A stretch of DNA of 64,000 nucleotides from an uncultured Acidobacteriaceae bacterium (GCA_963731525.1 CAVSWK010000024.1:72164-136163); one strand, 5' to 3'; shown: positions 39,043 to 49,286, counted from the stretch's first letter. A program made the numbers and translations. The notes: generated by a model not told the origin, from the sequence alone.

Positions 39043-39594
39043 TTAGGGTGCGTAATGGGTGAAGACATAGTCGCGATCTTTCGCAGGCCTGTGGCAGGGG
39101 AAGCAGGTCTCGTGCAGCGCCTTGTCGCCCGCCTTTCCGCCCGTAAAGTCAGCGAACCCCCAGCCGCCCGTCGCCGCGTACTTCCTTGAGTCCTTGACCA
39201 TGAATTGAACATTCACGGGGGACCCGACAACGAAAGATTGAGCGCCGGGGAACGGACCGTCCAGGACTTCGTTGTTGTTTTCCGACGGGACACGAGTCCA
39301 ATGAATCGCGGCAATGATGGCGCCGTCTGGGAACGGGAGCGTCCCTTCCTTAAAGGCCTTGACCGCTATATCGTTGCCGAATTGAGCGCGCAGCTGGTCG
39401 GCCTTGCCTGGTACCAGAAGTTGGTCCACGGCGATCAATTTCCAATCGCGGTATCCGGCCGGAATTGTGACGCCGTATACCGGGGAGGCGATCGGGGAGG
39501 CCGCTTCATCGGCGTGCCCGGATGCGGGAGCCGTGAAGGCGACAACACCGGCCAGGCTTGCAACTGCAACCAGCAAGAAAGCGACCCGTTTCAT
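39043..39594 (-). CDS. cytochrome P460-family protein
   Basis: Signal peptide, YRDWKLIAV, and C-terminal heme motif CFPCH. Confidence 0.65.
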   Translation of the reverse strand: MKRVAFLLVAVASLAGVVAFTAPASGHADEAASPIASPVYGVTIPAGYRDWKLIAVDQLLVPGKADQLRAQFGNDIAVKAFKEGTLPFPDGAIIAAIHWTRVPSENNNEVLDGPFPGAQSFVVGSPVNVQFMVKDSRKYAATGGWGFADFTGGKAGDKALHETCFPCHRPAKDRDYVFTHYAP

Positions 39595-39695
39595 AATTGT
39601 TCCTCCTTGTTAATACGCTTACGCGCAAGCTGACGACAGTCTGGAATTTCTCTTGCCCTAAGGAGTGACGCTCATACTCCTGGCGAAGGCGCCCT

Positions 39696-40007
39696 TCAAG
39701 CTCCGTGCAAATCGGCAATCACCCTGAACGTTCGAACATCGAGCTTCCCTTCCAGAAGGGTTGCGGCGTCCGCAACGAAACGGCGGAGGACCGGATTCTC
39801 CCGATGTCTGTTGAAATGCTCTTGCGATTCGTAGCGCTCGTAGAGGAACCACAAGGCGGGATCTGCTATGGAGCGGTGCAGATCATAGATCATCACTCCC
39901 GGGTCCGAACGGGACGCTAGAACGAGGGCCTCAAGCCGACCCGCAAGCTCTTCTTCCTTTCCAGCTTTGCTGCGTAGGAACACAGCGTTAGCGATGGACT
40001 CTGTCAT
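39696..40007 (-). CDS. antibiotic-biosynthesis-monooxygenase (ABM) family protein
   Basis: 103 aa, with the Y.LHRS...P..F.LYE.Y.S.E....H pattern typical of YgiN-like proteins. Confidence 0.7.
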   Translation of the reverse strand: MTESIANAVFLRSKAGKEEELAGRLEALVLASRSDPGVMIYDLHRSIADPALWFLYERYESQEHFNRHRENPVLRRFVADAATLLEGKLDVRTFRVIADLHGA

Positions 40008-40052
40008 GTTCGTTCTCCTCGTCAGTGATCAGTTTCGATACGGATACGCGGC

Positions 40053-40520
40053 TCATGCTGCGTCTTCCTTTCTCGCCGTACCGTTCCGGGCTTCGATGGC
40101 CTTGACCGAGTTTTCAAATGCCTTTTCCAAAACGCTCCTGCCGATCGTCCCAAGCACGAAGCCGAGCAACCGTCCCTTGAGGTTCTTGCCCTCGCGTACG
40201 ACGACCACATCAATGTCGGTCGTGCCGTTGGGCTGACGCGTGAAGGTGTAGGTGTGGCCCGACGCTCCTCCCCAGGTGTTGGAGTCGGTCGTCGTGAGGA
40301 CGACGTGGTTAGGATCGGACCAGTCGTAGTGCAGGCGTTCCCAAATGCCGCCCGAGCCCTCCGTGACGTCGGCCTCCGACGGCCCACGGTGATGCACCTT
40401 GAGGTACTCGTCGGCGCTGTTGCCAAAGAGCCTCGAGCGGCCAGGCCCGAAGTCGGTGAGCCCGGCGACGTACTGCTCGGGCGTCGAGGTGGTCGTCTGC
40501 TGGAGATGGATCGTGGACAT
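40053..40520 (-). CDS. SRPBCC-family protein
   Basis: Size and pattern (PEQYVAGLTDFGP...) resemble the polyketide cyclase/START-like fold. Moderate support. Confidence 0.5.
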   Translation of the reverse strand: MSTIHLQQTTTSTPEQYVAGLTDFGPGRSRLFGNSADEYLKVHHRGPSEADVTEGSGGIWERLHYDWSDPNHVVLTTTDSNTWGGASGHTYTFTRQPNGTTDIDVVVVREGKNLKGRLLGFVLGTIGRSVLEKAFENSVKAIEARNGTARKEDAA

Positions 40521-40534
40521 GCGTGCTCCTTTCG

Positions 40535-41296
40535 CTAGGCGGCGACGAATTGCTGCCCGCCGTCGATGTCGTAGGTTGCGCCCGTGAGGGCGGTGTTGGT
40601 CATGATGTGCACGGCGAGCGCGGCGACGTCGGCCGGTCCGACGACGCGCCGGATAGGAAGCGTCGTGCGAAGCTGATTGCGGCGGTTTTCGAGTTTATCG
40701 CCGAGCAGCGATGCCGACAACGGTGTGTCGACGAAGCCGGCGGCGATGAGGTTGACGCGGACGGGCGCCAGCTCGAGCGCCAGGCTGGCGGTGAGGGCGG
40801 GGAGTGCGGCGGTGACCGTCGGCACGATCCCCAGTCCGATGCCGGGGCGGCGGCCTCCAGTGCCGCCCATGAACAGGAGCGTGCCTCCCGGTCTCACCTT
40901 GTGGGCGGCGTTACGGGCGACCTGGAGCATCAGCAGGGGGTGTGCGTCGAGGTCGCGGCGCGCCTGCTCGATGTCCATCTCGAGGAGGCGCCCGTAGTGC
41001 GGCCCGCCGGCGGTCACCATCACGTGGTCGATCGTGGCCGGCAGGTCACGGAAGAATCGCTCGAGGGCAGCGGGGTCCGTAGCGTCGAAGGCCGCGGTGC
41101 TCAGCGCTTCGAGCTCGCTTGCGGCGCGCTGGAGCGGCTCGGGATTGCGGCCGGTGAGGATCACCTTGGCCCCCTCAGCGCGCGCTCGCCGGGCTGTTTC
41201 GAGCCCGATGCCGGCGCTGCCGCCGATCACGACGACGGTTTGCCCGAGGAGTTCCGGTTCGCGCTGCCTGGGAATAGTAGTGGTTGCGGCGCTCAT
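40535..41296 (-). CDS. SDR-family oxidoreductase
   Basis: VVVIGGSAGIGLETARR Rossmann motif, 253 aa. Confidence 0.85.
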   Translation of the reverse strand: MSAATTTIPRQREPELLGQTVVVIGGSAGIGLETARRARAEGAKVILTGRNPEPLQRAASELEALSTAAFDATDPAALERFFRDLPATIDHVMVTAGGPHYGRLLEMDIEQARRDLDAHPLLMLQVARNAAHKVRPGGTLLFMGGTGGRRPGIGLGIVPTVTAALPALTASLALELAPVRVNLIAAGFVDTPLSASLLGDKLENRRNQLRTTLPIRRVVGPADVAALAVHIMTNTALTGATYDIDGGQQFVAA

Positions 41297-41346
41297 GATT
41301 CCTCCGATCAGCAGTTTAATGTCACTCTCGCTTCAAGGCGAGACGC

Positions 41347-41985
41347 TCATTGCGGCAGCTCTTCGCCGGACTGCTCTGCCACCATGTACTTGGCGCACCA
41401 GTCGGGCCAGTTGGGATCTGCCTCGCCGATGCGCTTCTCGTGCTTGCCGTGGGCGGTCGCCGCACGCCGAAGCGCGCTCGCCAGGTCGCTTGCGGAGCCG
41501 AACGAAGTTGCGCCAGGGTCGATGCGCCCAGGAAGCCGGGTCGTGATCTCCTGCAGCAGCCAGCCGTTGCCGTCGGGATCGCTGAACGAGGCGCGCGAAC
41601 GGTAGGTGCGACGTTCGGGATCGAGACCGCTGACCCGGCCCTCCGTGCCGATGTGGAAGAACTCGCTCACCTCGATGCCGGCGGCTACCAGCTTGTCCCG
41701 GGCGGCCACGATGTCGGAAACGATCAAGTACCCCTTGCCTGAACCGGGCACAGCCGACGTGAGGGTCGTGCCGAATTGGACCGAGCACCCAGAGCCCGGC
41801 GGCGTGAACTGGACTACGCCGGGCGGCGTGACGTCCAGCCTCCACCCGAGCCTTCCGTAGAACTCCTTCGCGCGGTCGATATCTGAGACGGGGATGACGA
41901 CGACCTCGAGCTTCATATCGACTTTCACGACGCTCGCATTGCTGGGCGGGTTGCTAGTACGGATTTCATACGTCGGATTTGCCAT
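41347..41985 (-). CDS. VOC/glyoxalase-family protein with C-terminal extension
   Basis: VVIPVSDIDRAKEFYGRLGW...FSDPDGNGWLLQE. Start at MANPTY (41985) with RBS AGGAGG. Confidence 0.7.
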   Translation of the reverse strand: MANPTYEIRTSNPPSNASVVKVDMKLEVVVIPVSDIDRAKEFYGRLGWRLDVTPPGVVQFTPPGSGCSVQFGTTLTSAVPGSGKGYLIVSDIVAARDKLVAAGIEVSEFFHIGTEGRVSGLDPERRTYRSRASFSDPDGNGWLLQEITTRLPGRIDPGATSFGSASDLASALRRAATAHGKHEKRIGEADPNWPDWCAKYMVAEQSGEELPQ

Positions 41986-42198
41986 GTCCTTTCCTCCTAT
42001 GCTGCGACTGACATCTGCCCGGAGTCGAGACAGGAGAGCCTCTATCATCGAAGATCTCGTGCTGCTTTGCGAACAGCGTGAGCGGCCGGTCGCAACTTCT
42101 TCATGCCCCGCTCCACGGGACAACGTCGCCTGCCAAGTCCCCGCACTACGGGGTGATTGGCTGATTCGTGAAAAACGACCGCAACCTGCGCGTTCGTC

Positions 42199-42954
42199 CT
42201 ATTTCGCGTCCATCCAGGTGTCTGAGCCCGCCACTTTAACCGACACGTTAGACAGGGAGAGGTGCAGGGGTTTGCCGTCGGCTGTGCCGCGGTGCTCGGT
42301 CGAGACCCACAGAGGACCGGCCTTTTTGTAGCCGGCCCAGGCGGCGCTGACGAGGCTCGGCTTTGCGGCCCCGCCGTGGTGGAAGACAAGATACTCGACG
42401 CGGTTGTCTTTGCCGACGTAGAGTTCCCAGGTGTCGCCGGGCGTGTAACCGCCCGCTTCCGCGGGATACTTCACCGCAACCAGTTCGGCCGAACCGTTGC
42501 CCACCGGCAGTTTATGCATACCTTCATCGGTCACGGTGGCGCTGGTGTCCCAATAAGCATGGAAGGGGAAGAGAAGCCAATAGTTATCGTTGACGAAGCC
42601 CGACTCGATTTCCTTTTTCACGGACTCGGGCTGGTTGCTGAGCTCGGAGCGCATGTAGGTAACCTTCACCGGCTTGCCCTCTTTGTCTTTCCCCTCGTAG
42701 GACACCTTGCCAGTCTTGGGTTCCCATTCCCAGGTGCGCGAAAGTTTGATGAGTCCGGGGATATCCAGGTTGAAGGTATAGCGGATGGCTTCGATTTGCC
42801 CATAGGAATCGAGACCGTAGGTCTTGGCGATCTGTTCGAGAATTGGCGGACGCGTCTGCGCCCAGGAGGTTGCAGCAAGAACAAGAACAAGAACAAGGAA
42901 CAGCACTGCAAAAGCCAGACGACGGGTCATCGTTGCACGGCTCGAATTTGTCAT
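42199..42954 (-). CDS. hypothetical secreted protein (paralog of 37521-38258)
   Basis: See 37521-38258. The signal peptide is lengthened by an (AAGAAC)3 repeat. Confidence 0.6.
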   Translation of the reverse strand: MTNSSRATMTRRLAFAVLFLVLVLVLAATSWAQTRPPILEQIAKTYGLDSYGQIEAIRYTFNLDIPGLIKLSRTWEWEPKTGKVSYEGKDKEGKPVKVTYMRSELSNQPESVKKEIESGFVNDNYWLLFPFHAYWDTSATVTDEGMHKLPVGNGSAELVAVKYPAEAGGYTPGDTWELYVGKDNRVEYLVFHHGGAAKPSLVSAAWAGYKKAGPLWVSTEHRGTADGKPLHLSLSNVSVKVAGSDTWMDAK

Positions 42955-43102
42955 GGGATTCGCTCCTCGGTGAATTGAACGGACGCCGTCTAGGATGACG
43001 ATCAAAGGCTTCGGGATGCAGGAATTGTGTGTGGCGCCAAGCCGATTCATTCAATGCGGCAATGGGTAGGCTTCGCACCTGGATCGTCTTCGCAATGGAC
43101 GC

Positions 43103-44437
43103 CTAGTCCGTTGAACATCCGGGCACCGCCGGTCGCCTGAAGCGGCGCAACCCGATAATTGCACCGGCCGCTGCCACGGACCCATATTCCAGCAGCATAA
43201 TCCAGCCAGGAACTGACCACGGACGCCCAACCGCGCGCAGATGCCAAACGTAGTAAGTAGGGATAATGCTCACTGTCCAGATGATGATCGGCACCGTCGT
43301 GGCCGAGCGCAGGAACGGCAGCAGCCAGAGCAGGTACCATGGATATACGACCGGCGCACAGAGAAGCGATGCTGCCATGGGCCATGCAAATGCGTCCGAA
43401 GACCATGCCTCAGACTTTCTTCTCAGCCAGATTGCGGTAAGAAAGCCGACGAGCACTGCCAGCCCAATTGCAAGCTGCGGCGCCGCCACTCGCTCGAGCG
43501 TTGCAAATACCGGATCATTGAAGCGGAAACTCTGCACGTAAGTGCCGAGTGAGCCGATCGGAATCCGCCCGTGGTTCAGAAATGGTACGTATAGGAGTCC
43601 GACCACGACTGCCGCCAGGGCCGCATCGCGCATACGAACCCGCCTCCAGTAAAGTGGCAGCAGTACAATCGGGAGGAATTTCACTGCGACAGCCAGCCCG
43701 AATGCCAGTGCCGCAACCGTACGCCAGCGCCGTTCTAGCGCGGCGAAAGACAGCAACAGCAGCAGCACGCCGACAATATCGATGTGACCGCTGCCCGCCA
43801 CTTCTGTCGCCAGCAGTGGGTTCCAGGCATACGCCAAAACCCAGTGCGTTCCTTGCCCACTGCGACGCAATATGTCGAGCAAAACGAGAACGATCGCCAA
43901 GTCGCAAACTACAAATGCTACTTTCAGCGCAAAGATGGACTCATGAATCGCGGTTACGGCGCGGAAGAAAAGCTCAGCGCCCGCTGGATATGGGCTCGGC
44001 AAATCCGGGTTGTTCAGCGTGCGGGTTTCGGGTGTGTGCAACGCGCCGAGCGCAGGATCGCTGGGAATGACAACATACGGGTTATAGCCGAGCCGTTGCA
44101 CGCGGCCATCCCAAACATATCGATGAATGTCATCATCTGAACCCGGCGGCATCAGTAGAAATGGAAGATGCCACAGCGCGGCCAACACGAGCCCGATGAC
44201 GATGACGCGCCGCGGGAATTTTGGCGTGGAGAAGAACTCACGAATGGCGAAGAGGTACGCGATGCCCGCAACTGCCAGCGGAATGATAAAGGACGCTGCA
44301 CCGATGCTGCTGAACTTGCGTGAGCAGATCGTCAGCGCCACAAGCAAGATGGTGCCGAACCCGTACAGCCTGCGGGATGGCGTGAACTTCACAGGTCTCC
44401 CGTGCCCGTCCGCAACTGTGCCACCGCCTGTCCCCAC
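43103..44437 (-). CDS. polytopic membrane glycosyltransferase (GT87/DUF2029-like)
   Basis: More than 10 predicted TM helices, with an early DDDIHRYVWDGR loop typical of GT-C mannosyltransferase-like proteins. Confidence 0.55.
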   Translation of the reverse strand: MGTGGGTVADGHGRPVKFTPSRRLYGFGTILLVALTICSRKFSSIGAASFIIPLAVAGIAYLFAIREFFSTPKFPRRVIVIGLVLAALWHLPFLLMPPGSDDDIHRYVWDGRVQRLGYNPYVVIPSDPALGALHTPETRTLNNPDLPSPYPAGAELFFRAVTAIHESIFALKVAFVVCDLAIVLVLLDILRRSGQGTHWVLAYAWNPLLATEVAGSGHIDIVGVLLLLLSFAALERRWRTVAALAFGLAVAVKFLPIVLLPLYWRRVRMRDAALAAVVVGLLYVPFLNHGRIPIGSLGTYVQSFRFNDPVFATLERVAAPQLAIGLAVLVGFLTAIWLRRKSEAWSSDAFAWPMAASLLCAPVVYPWYLLWLLPFLRSATTVPIIIWTVSIIPTYYVWHLRAVGRPWSVPGWIMLLEYGSVAAAGAIIGLRRFRRPAVPGCSTD

Positions 44438-45120
44438 TGTTTCAGCCAGACCGCCGTTCGTGGCGCCCTAGCCGGAGCGAGCCGCAGTTCCGCGGCAAGC
44501 CGAGTTAAGTCGCCCTCCACGTCGATGTCGTAGAAGGGATCCGTGAAGCCAACGGAAAGCTGCAGTCCGCGAGCGCGCGCCAGCAGGGCCTCAAGCGCGC
44601 TCTTAGTGCCCATGCCGTCGCCATCGAAAAGCGCTGGATGAGCGGCCTTGGCCCCTACGAGATAATAGCCGCCATCATGTGTCGGTCCAACAACCACGTC
44701 GTGCCCGGTGAGCGCCTCGAACGCGCTCCCGAGAACCGAAGCCGGCAGATGCGGGCTGTCGCTGTTGAAGGCAACGACGCGTTGCCGGCCAGGCGCTGCG
44801 AAGTGTGCAAACACCGAGGTCAGGCCTGCCGCAAGGCCCTCCCCTTTCTGCGCCACGACAACCGCCCTACCTCGCGCCAACCGCGTTAGTTCTTCGACAT
44901 CCGAAGCGGGGCACATAATGGCAACCTCCACAGTGCCCAACGAGCACGCTAGCACCATTGTGTCGTCCAAAAGGCAGCGATAGAGTTCGGTGACCGCTTC
45001 AACTGGAAGGCTCTGAGCTAAACGGGTCTTGACCATGCCCGGCCTGGGTGCTTTTGCCATGACAACCAGCGTGCGGCCCCTGTTAGGCGAATGTGCTGTA
45101 TTTTCGCTGGAGGATTCCAT
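44389..45120 (-). CDS. DUF2064-family (TIGR04282-like) protein
   Basis: VVMAKAPRPGMVKTRL signature. Start at ATG 45120. Confidence 0.65.
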   Translation of the reverse strand: MESSSENTAHSPNRGRTLVVMAKAPRPGMVKTRLAQSLPVEAVTELYRCLLDDTMVLACSLGTVEVAIMCPASDVEELTRLARGRAVVVAQKGEGLAAGLTSVFAHFAAPGRQRVVAFNSDSPHLPASVLGSAFEALTGHDVVVGPTHDGGYYLVGAKAAHPALFDGDGMGTKSALEALLARARGLQLSVGFTDPFYDIDVEGDLTRLAAELRLAPARAPRTAVWLKQWGQAVAQLRTGTGDL

Positions 45121-45141
45121 AAGAGATCGCTGTGCCAAGAC

Positions 45142-45865
45142 TCACGCCGGCCGTGGCATTCCGGCCCTTCGATGCCGAAAATAATAGCGCACTATCAGAC
45201 TGAGGATGAACCACGCCGCTCCGACTGTGCCCCTCAGCGTACCGCTAATCTTCGATTTCCCAATGCGCGGATAATAGCTCACCGGCACCTCAACGATGCG
45301 GAATCCCCCGAGCGCTACCTTTTAGAATTATTTCAACCGCCCAGCCGTACGTGTTCTCTTGGAGCTCAAGCCGGCGAAGGACATCTGCTCGCCCGGCGCG
45401 GAACGGTCCGAGGTCGCTTATCCTTAGACCATACAAAAGCCTGATCAGGCCAGCCGCCAGGCGGTTACCAAACGCGGCGTGCCAAGGCAACGCCCCACGA
45501 ATGCTCTGCTTCCCCAGGCGCGAACCCAGCGTAATATCGGCACGTCCGTCAATGATTGGAGCTAAGAGAATCGGCAGTTCAGCGGGTCGATCGCTGTAAT
45601 CGCCGTCGAGGAACACTACAACGTCAGGGCTACTTGCACCAGCCAGTCCGGTCAAACAGGCGCGACCGTATCCGCGGCGAGGTTCGTGGAGGACGCGGGC
45701 TCCCATCTTGGAGGCGATCTCGGGAGTCCCGTCGGTTGAATTGCTGTCTACAACCAAGACCTCAGTGACAATATCGGCCGGGAGATCGGCTAAGACGCGG
45801 CCGATGGATTGCGCTTCATTGTGCGTAGGAATGACGACCGACACTCGCACTTGATCTTCTTTCAA
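45142..45865 (-). pseudogene. family-2 glycosyltransferase with +1 frame break near 45318-45324
   Basis: VSVVIPTHNE and FLDGDYSD motifs. After ...EIILK the conserved continuation (GFRIVEVPVSYYPRIGKSKISG...) is in another frame, ending at 45142. Confidence 0.7.
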
Positions 45866-45894
45866 GTAAATATGCTCAAGTCAACACGCCCAAG

Positions 45895-46386
45895 TCACCA
45901 CCATGGCGAGGACGGCCAGCGCCGCGCCAGCAAGGCGTCGACGCCCCACGCTCGACCGGCGCGCCCCACCGCCAGCGCGAGCGCTGCCATCACCGAAACC
46001 AGCAGTTCCCAAATCCACGACGTGCCCCACTCCGACACCCAAAGGCTGCCCAGATACAGAAATGCTACAAACGCGACCGGGCGCGTCAGCAGACCGATGA
46101 CCAGCAGGATTCCGAGACCGATCTCGGTCACCGCCTGCATAGGAGCCGCCATCGCGGCGTGACTCGCCGCCAAACCCATCACTGCCTTCCACGCGGCCGG
46201 CGAGTGACTCGCCTTTATGTAATAGTTGATCAGGCCAGCGTAGCCCGCTGGGGTGTAGAGACCCTTTCCCAGATTTTCGAAGAAGACCCACACCAACATT
46301 GCGCCGATCGTGACCCGTACTATTGCCAGTCCATTTGCCGCGGGCAGGGTGGCTGCATTTTGCGTTGGGGTTGCGTTCGTCATCAT
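45895..46386 (-). CDS. DoxX-family membrane protein
   Basis: Four TM helices. The pattern resembles DoxX/TQO small-subunit proteins. Confidence 0.6.
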   Translation of the reverse strand: MMTNATPTQNAATLPAANGLAIVRVTIGAMLVWVFFENLGKGLYTPAGYAGLINYYIKASHSPAAWKAVMGLAASHAAMAAPMQAVTEIGLGILLVIGLLTRPVAFVAFLYLGSLWVSEWGTSWIWELLVSVMAALALAVGRAGRAWGVDALLARRWPSSPWW

Positions 46387-46675
46387 CGTGGCCCTCGTAA
46401 CATATGGATGCCGTGCCAGTTTGCAACGGGAATACAGGGCAATATCTTAAGCGGTTCTCCCAGTTCTTGCTAGTGGATGTACTCGCTTGACGGAGCCTCC
46501 GGCCATGGGCTATAACGATCTTCCCCAGCTACCTGGACGCGCATGCTCATCCGCTGCAATCGCGGCTTCACTTGACGGTAGATTCCTCGCCGCCGCCCGG
46601 TGGTTGCGCTAATCTCTCTTCCAACACTACTCACATTCATCATCGGTGCACAGTCCCTGCACTAAGAAGGAAGCC

Positions 46676-47791
46676 ATGCATTCTCAGCGGATTCGAATCA
46701 AGCCCGTCTTTTTGAGTTTCGTGGCGGCTAGCGTTGCTATAGGAATCTCCGTCCGCGCGTTTGGTGGCGATGCCTCCAAGGCGACGCAACCAAAGCAGGC
46801 GTCGTTCCAGGTAAGAAATGAATTCAAGGTGCAAGTACCGAAAGGGGCCAAGACGGTGCGCATGTGGTTCAGCGTTCCACAGGAAGACGCCGTGTCTGTG
46901 ATTCGTGAATTCAGCGTCGCCGCCGATTTTCCCGTCCACTACTACCGGGACGATTGGGGAAATCGCGTAGGGTATGCGGAAGTCAATGCACCCGCCGAAG
47001 GCCCGATCACGATCCGCGAAGCGTTTGGACTGACGCGCACCGAGACTCGCAACGACATCGACCCAGCTAAAACCCGTCCGCTGACAGATCAGGAACGGGC
47101 GGCGCTCTTCGCGTATCTGCAACCTTCGAGCCACGTCATCATCACCGACCAGCTGAAGTCCCTTTCCGCTTCGATCGTCGGGGGCGAAACAAATCCCATT
47201 CTCGCTGCTCGAAAGATTTACAACTGGACGCTCGAAAACGTGGATTATTGGGTGAAGGACCCCGACCACCTGAAGGCCTCCCCGGTGGGCAGCACAGAAT
47301 ATTGCCTGAGGACAAAAACTGGGAACTGCACGGATTTTCATTCCCTTTTTGCATCGCTCGCTATGGCGGCCGGTATTCCCACCCGCATGGTCTACGGTTC
47401 GCTCCTAAAGCCCACCTTGAATGGCATCCAAATCGACGGAAGCTATCACTGCTGGATCCAGTTCTTCGCGCCCAACTACGGCTGGCTCCCGCTTGACGTT
47501 TCCCTCGCGAATATCTACGGCAAGGAGTTCCCAGTCACAGATAAAAATAAAAAGCTCGTCGAGCTGACGACGGCGACCGGTTACAAGGGTCTCGATCCAA
47601 GCAAAGTCGATTATTACTTTGGAAACCTCGATGAGAGGCGCGTGACGTGGTCGATGGGGCGTGACCTGATCCTGCAGCCTCCGCAGAATGACGGGCCGGT
47701 GAATGCGCTCGCGAAAATCTACGTCGAAGTGGATGGCAAACAATCCGCGGATTGGACTCGCGAATTCACCTACACCGAGGTCGCGAAATAG
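46676..47791 (+). CDS. transglutaminase-like cysteine protease-fold protein (secreted)
   Basis: TGNCTDFHSLFASLAMAAGIPTRMVYG...YHCWIQFF...GWLPLD gives a Cys-His-Asp triad context. Confidence 0.8.
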   Translation: MHSQRIRIKPVFLSFVAASVAIGISVRAFGGDASKATQPKQASFQVRNEFKVQVPKGAKTVRMWFSVPQEDAVSVIREFSVAADFPVHYYRDDWGNRVGYAEVNAPAEGPITIREAFGLTRTETRNDIDPAKTRPLTDQERAALFAYLQPSSHVIITDQLKSLSASIVGGETNPILAARKIYNWTLENVDYWVKDPDHLKASPVGSTEYCLRTKTGNCTDFHSLFASLAMAAGIPTRMVYGSLLKPTLNGIQIDGSYHCWIQFFAPNYGWLPLDVSLANIYGKEFPVTDKNKKLVELTTATGYKGLDPSKVDYYFGNLDERRVTWSMGRDLILQPPQNDGPVNALAKIYVEVDGKQSADWTREFTYTEVAK

Positions 47792-47891
47792 TTGTTAGTT
47801 GTTAGTCGTCGGTCGTCAGTCGTTGGCAAACGGCCATCGACGATCGACCAACGAATTCAAAGTAGAATTCTTTCCAGCAGAGGAGACCACA

Positions 47892-49286
47892 GTGGAACTT
47901 TGGAGACCTGACCCCACTTTTTACCCTTCACCGCGAATGGCGATGAAAGCGCCCGCGGAAAAGCTGGCATTTGTGGCCATGCTCAACGCGGAAGATAATG
48001 GACGTCCCGATGCCCTGGGTGTGGTCGATGTGGACCCGGCGTCCACGACTTATGGTGGACTGGTGGGCCGCGTGGACATGCCCAACCCCGGCGACGAATT
48101 GCACCACTTCGGCTGGAACGCTTGCAGCGCTTGCCTCTGCCCATACATGCCGCATCCGCATACGGAGCGGCGCTACTTGATCGTGCCGGGCATCAAGTCT
48201 TCGCGAATCCACGTTATTGATACGAAACCCGATCCGCGAAATCCGAGAATCGTCAAGGTGATTGAGGCCAACGTCCTGGCTGAACGTGCGGGCTACAGCC
48301 GGCCGCACACAGTGCATTGCGGTCCTGAGGGAATTTTCTGCAGCGCGCTTGGCTCCGCTACGGGAGACGGTCCGGGCGGAATTTTCGTCATGGATCCCGA
48401 CAGCTTTGAGATTTTGGGAAAATGGGAAATCGACCGCGGGCCGCAATTTCTTGCGTACGACTTCTGGTGGCATTTGGGCTTTGACACAATGATCAGCAGC
48501 GAGTGGGGAACGCCGAACATGGTGGAAACCGGCGTCAACCCAGAAATTCTTTTGAAGGGCGGCTACGGCCACTCGTTGCATGTGTGGGATCTGCGAAAAC
48601 GCCGTCACCTGCAGACATTGGATTTGGGCGCCGAGCAACAAATGGCTCTGGAGCTTCGCCCGGCACACGATCCGAGCCGCGCGTACGGATTTCTTGGCGT
48701 AGTGGTATCGCTGAAAGATTTGTCCGCTTCCATTTGGGTTTGGCATCGCGACAATGGCAAATGGGGCGTGACGAAAGTGATCGAAATTCCCGCCGAGCCC
48801 GCCGAGCCCGAAAAGTTGCCGCCGTTGCTCAAGGGATTCAAGGCCGTGCCGCCACTGATCACGGACATCAATCTGTCGCTCGACGACCGCTTCCTTTATA
48901 TCTCCTGTTGGGGCACCGGCGAATTTCTGCAATACGACGTGTCCGACCCTTTCCATCCCAAAAAGACAGGTTCCCTGCATCTGGGTGGTATCGTGCGCCG
49001 CGCTGGACATCCGAAGAATCCCAGCGCGCCCTTGAACGGCGGCCCGCAAATGGTGGAGGTGAGCCGCGACGGACGTCGAGTCTATTTCACGAACTCGCTT
49101 TATGCACCGTGGGACGCGCAGTTCTATCCGGACGGAATTCAGAGCTGGATGGTAAAGCTCGATGCCAAGCCCGAGGGCGGCATGGAGATCGACCCGAAAT
49201 TCTTTCTTGAATTCGGGAATCTCCGCGGCCATCAGGTCCATTTGGAGGGTGGCGACGCCTCGTCCGACTCTTACTGCTACTCATGA
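47892..49286 (+). CDS. selenium-binding protein family (SBP56; methanethiol-oxidase-like)
   Basis: FYPSPRMAMKAPAEKLAFV, ELHHFGWNACSACLCP, RRYLIVPG..SSRIHVIDTKPDP. GTG 47892 is preceded by GGAGAC. Confidence 0.85.
   Translation: MELWRPDPTFYPSPRMAMKAPAEKLAFVAMLNAEDNGRPDALGVVDVDPASTTYGGLVGRVDMPNPGDELHHFGWNACSACLCPYMPHPHTERRYLIVPGIKSSRIHVIDTKPDPRNPRIVKVIEANVLAERAGYSRPHTVHCGPEGIFCSALGSATGDGPGGIFVMDPDSFEILGKWEIDRGPQFLAYDFWWHLGFDTMISSEWGTPNMVETGVNPEILLKGGYGHSLHVWDLRKRRHLQTLDLGAEQQMALELRPAHDPSRAYGFLGVVVSLKDLSASIWVWHRDNGKWGVTKVIEIPAEPAEPEKLPPLLKGFKAVPPLITDINLSLDDRFLYISCWGTGEFLQYDVSDPFHPKKTGSLHLGGIVRRAGHPKNPSAPLNGGPQMVEVSRDGRRVYFTNSLYAPWDAQFYPDGIQSWMVKLDAKPEGGMEIDPKFFLEFGNLRGHQVHLEGGDASSDSYCYS

Noticed and set aside
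40523-41605. 360-aa plus-strand ORF
   Set aside because: It is antisense across the SDR and VOC genes. It is Arg/Gly/Ala-rich and of low complexity.
47928-49241. 437-aa minus-strand ORF
   Set aside because: It is antisense to the SBP56 gene, whose family motifs are clear.
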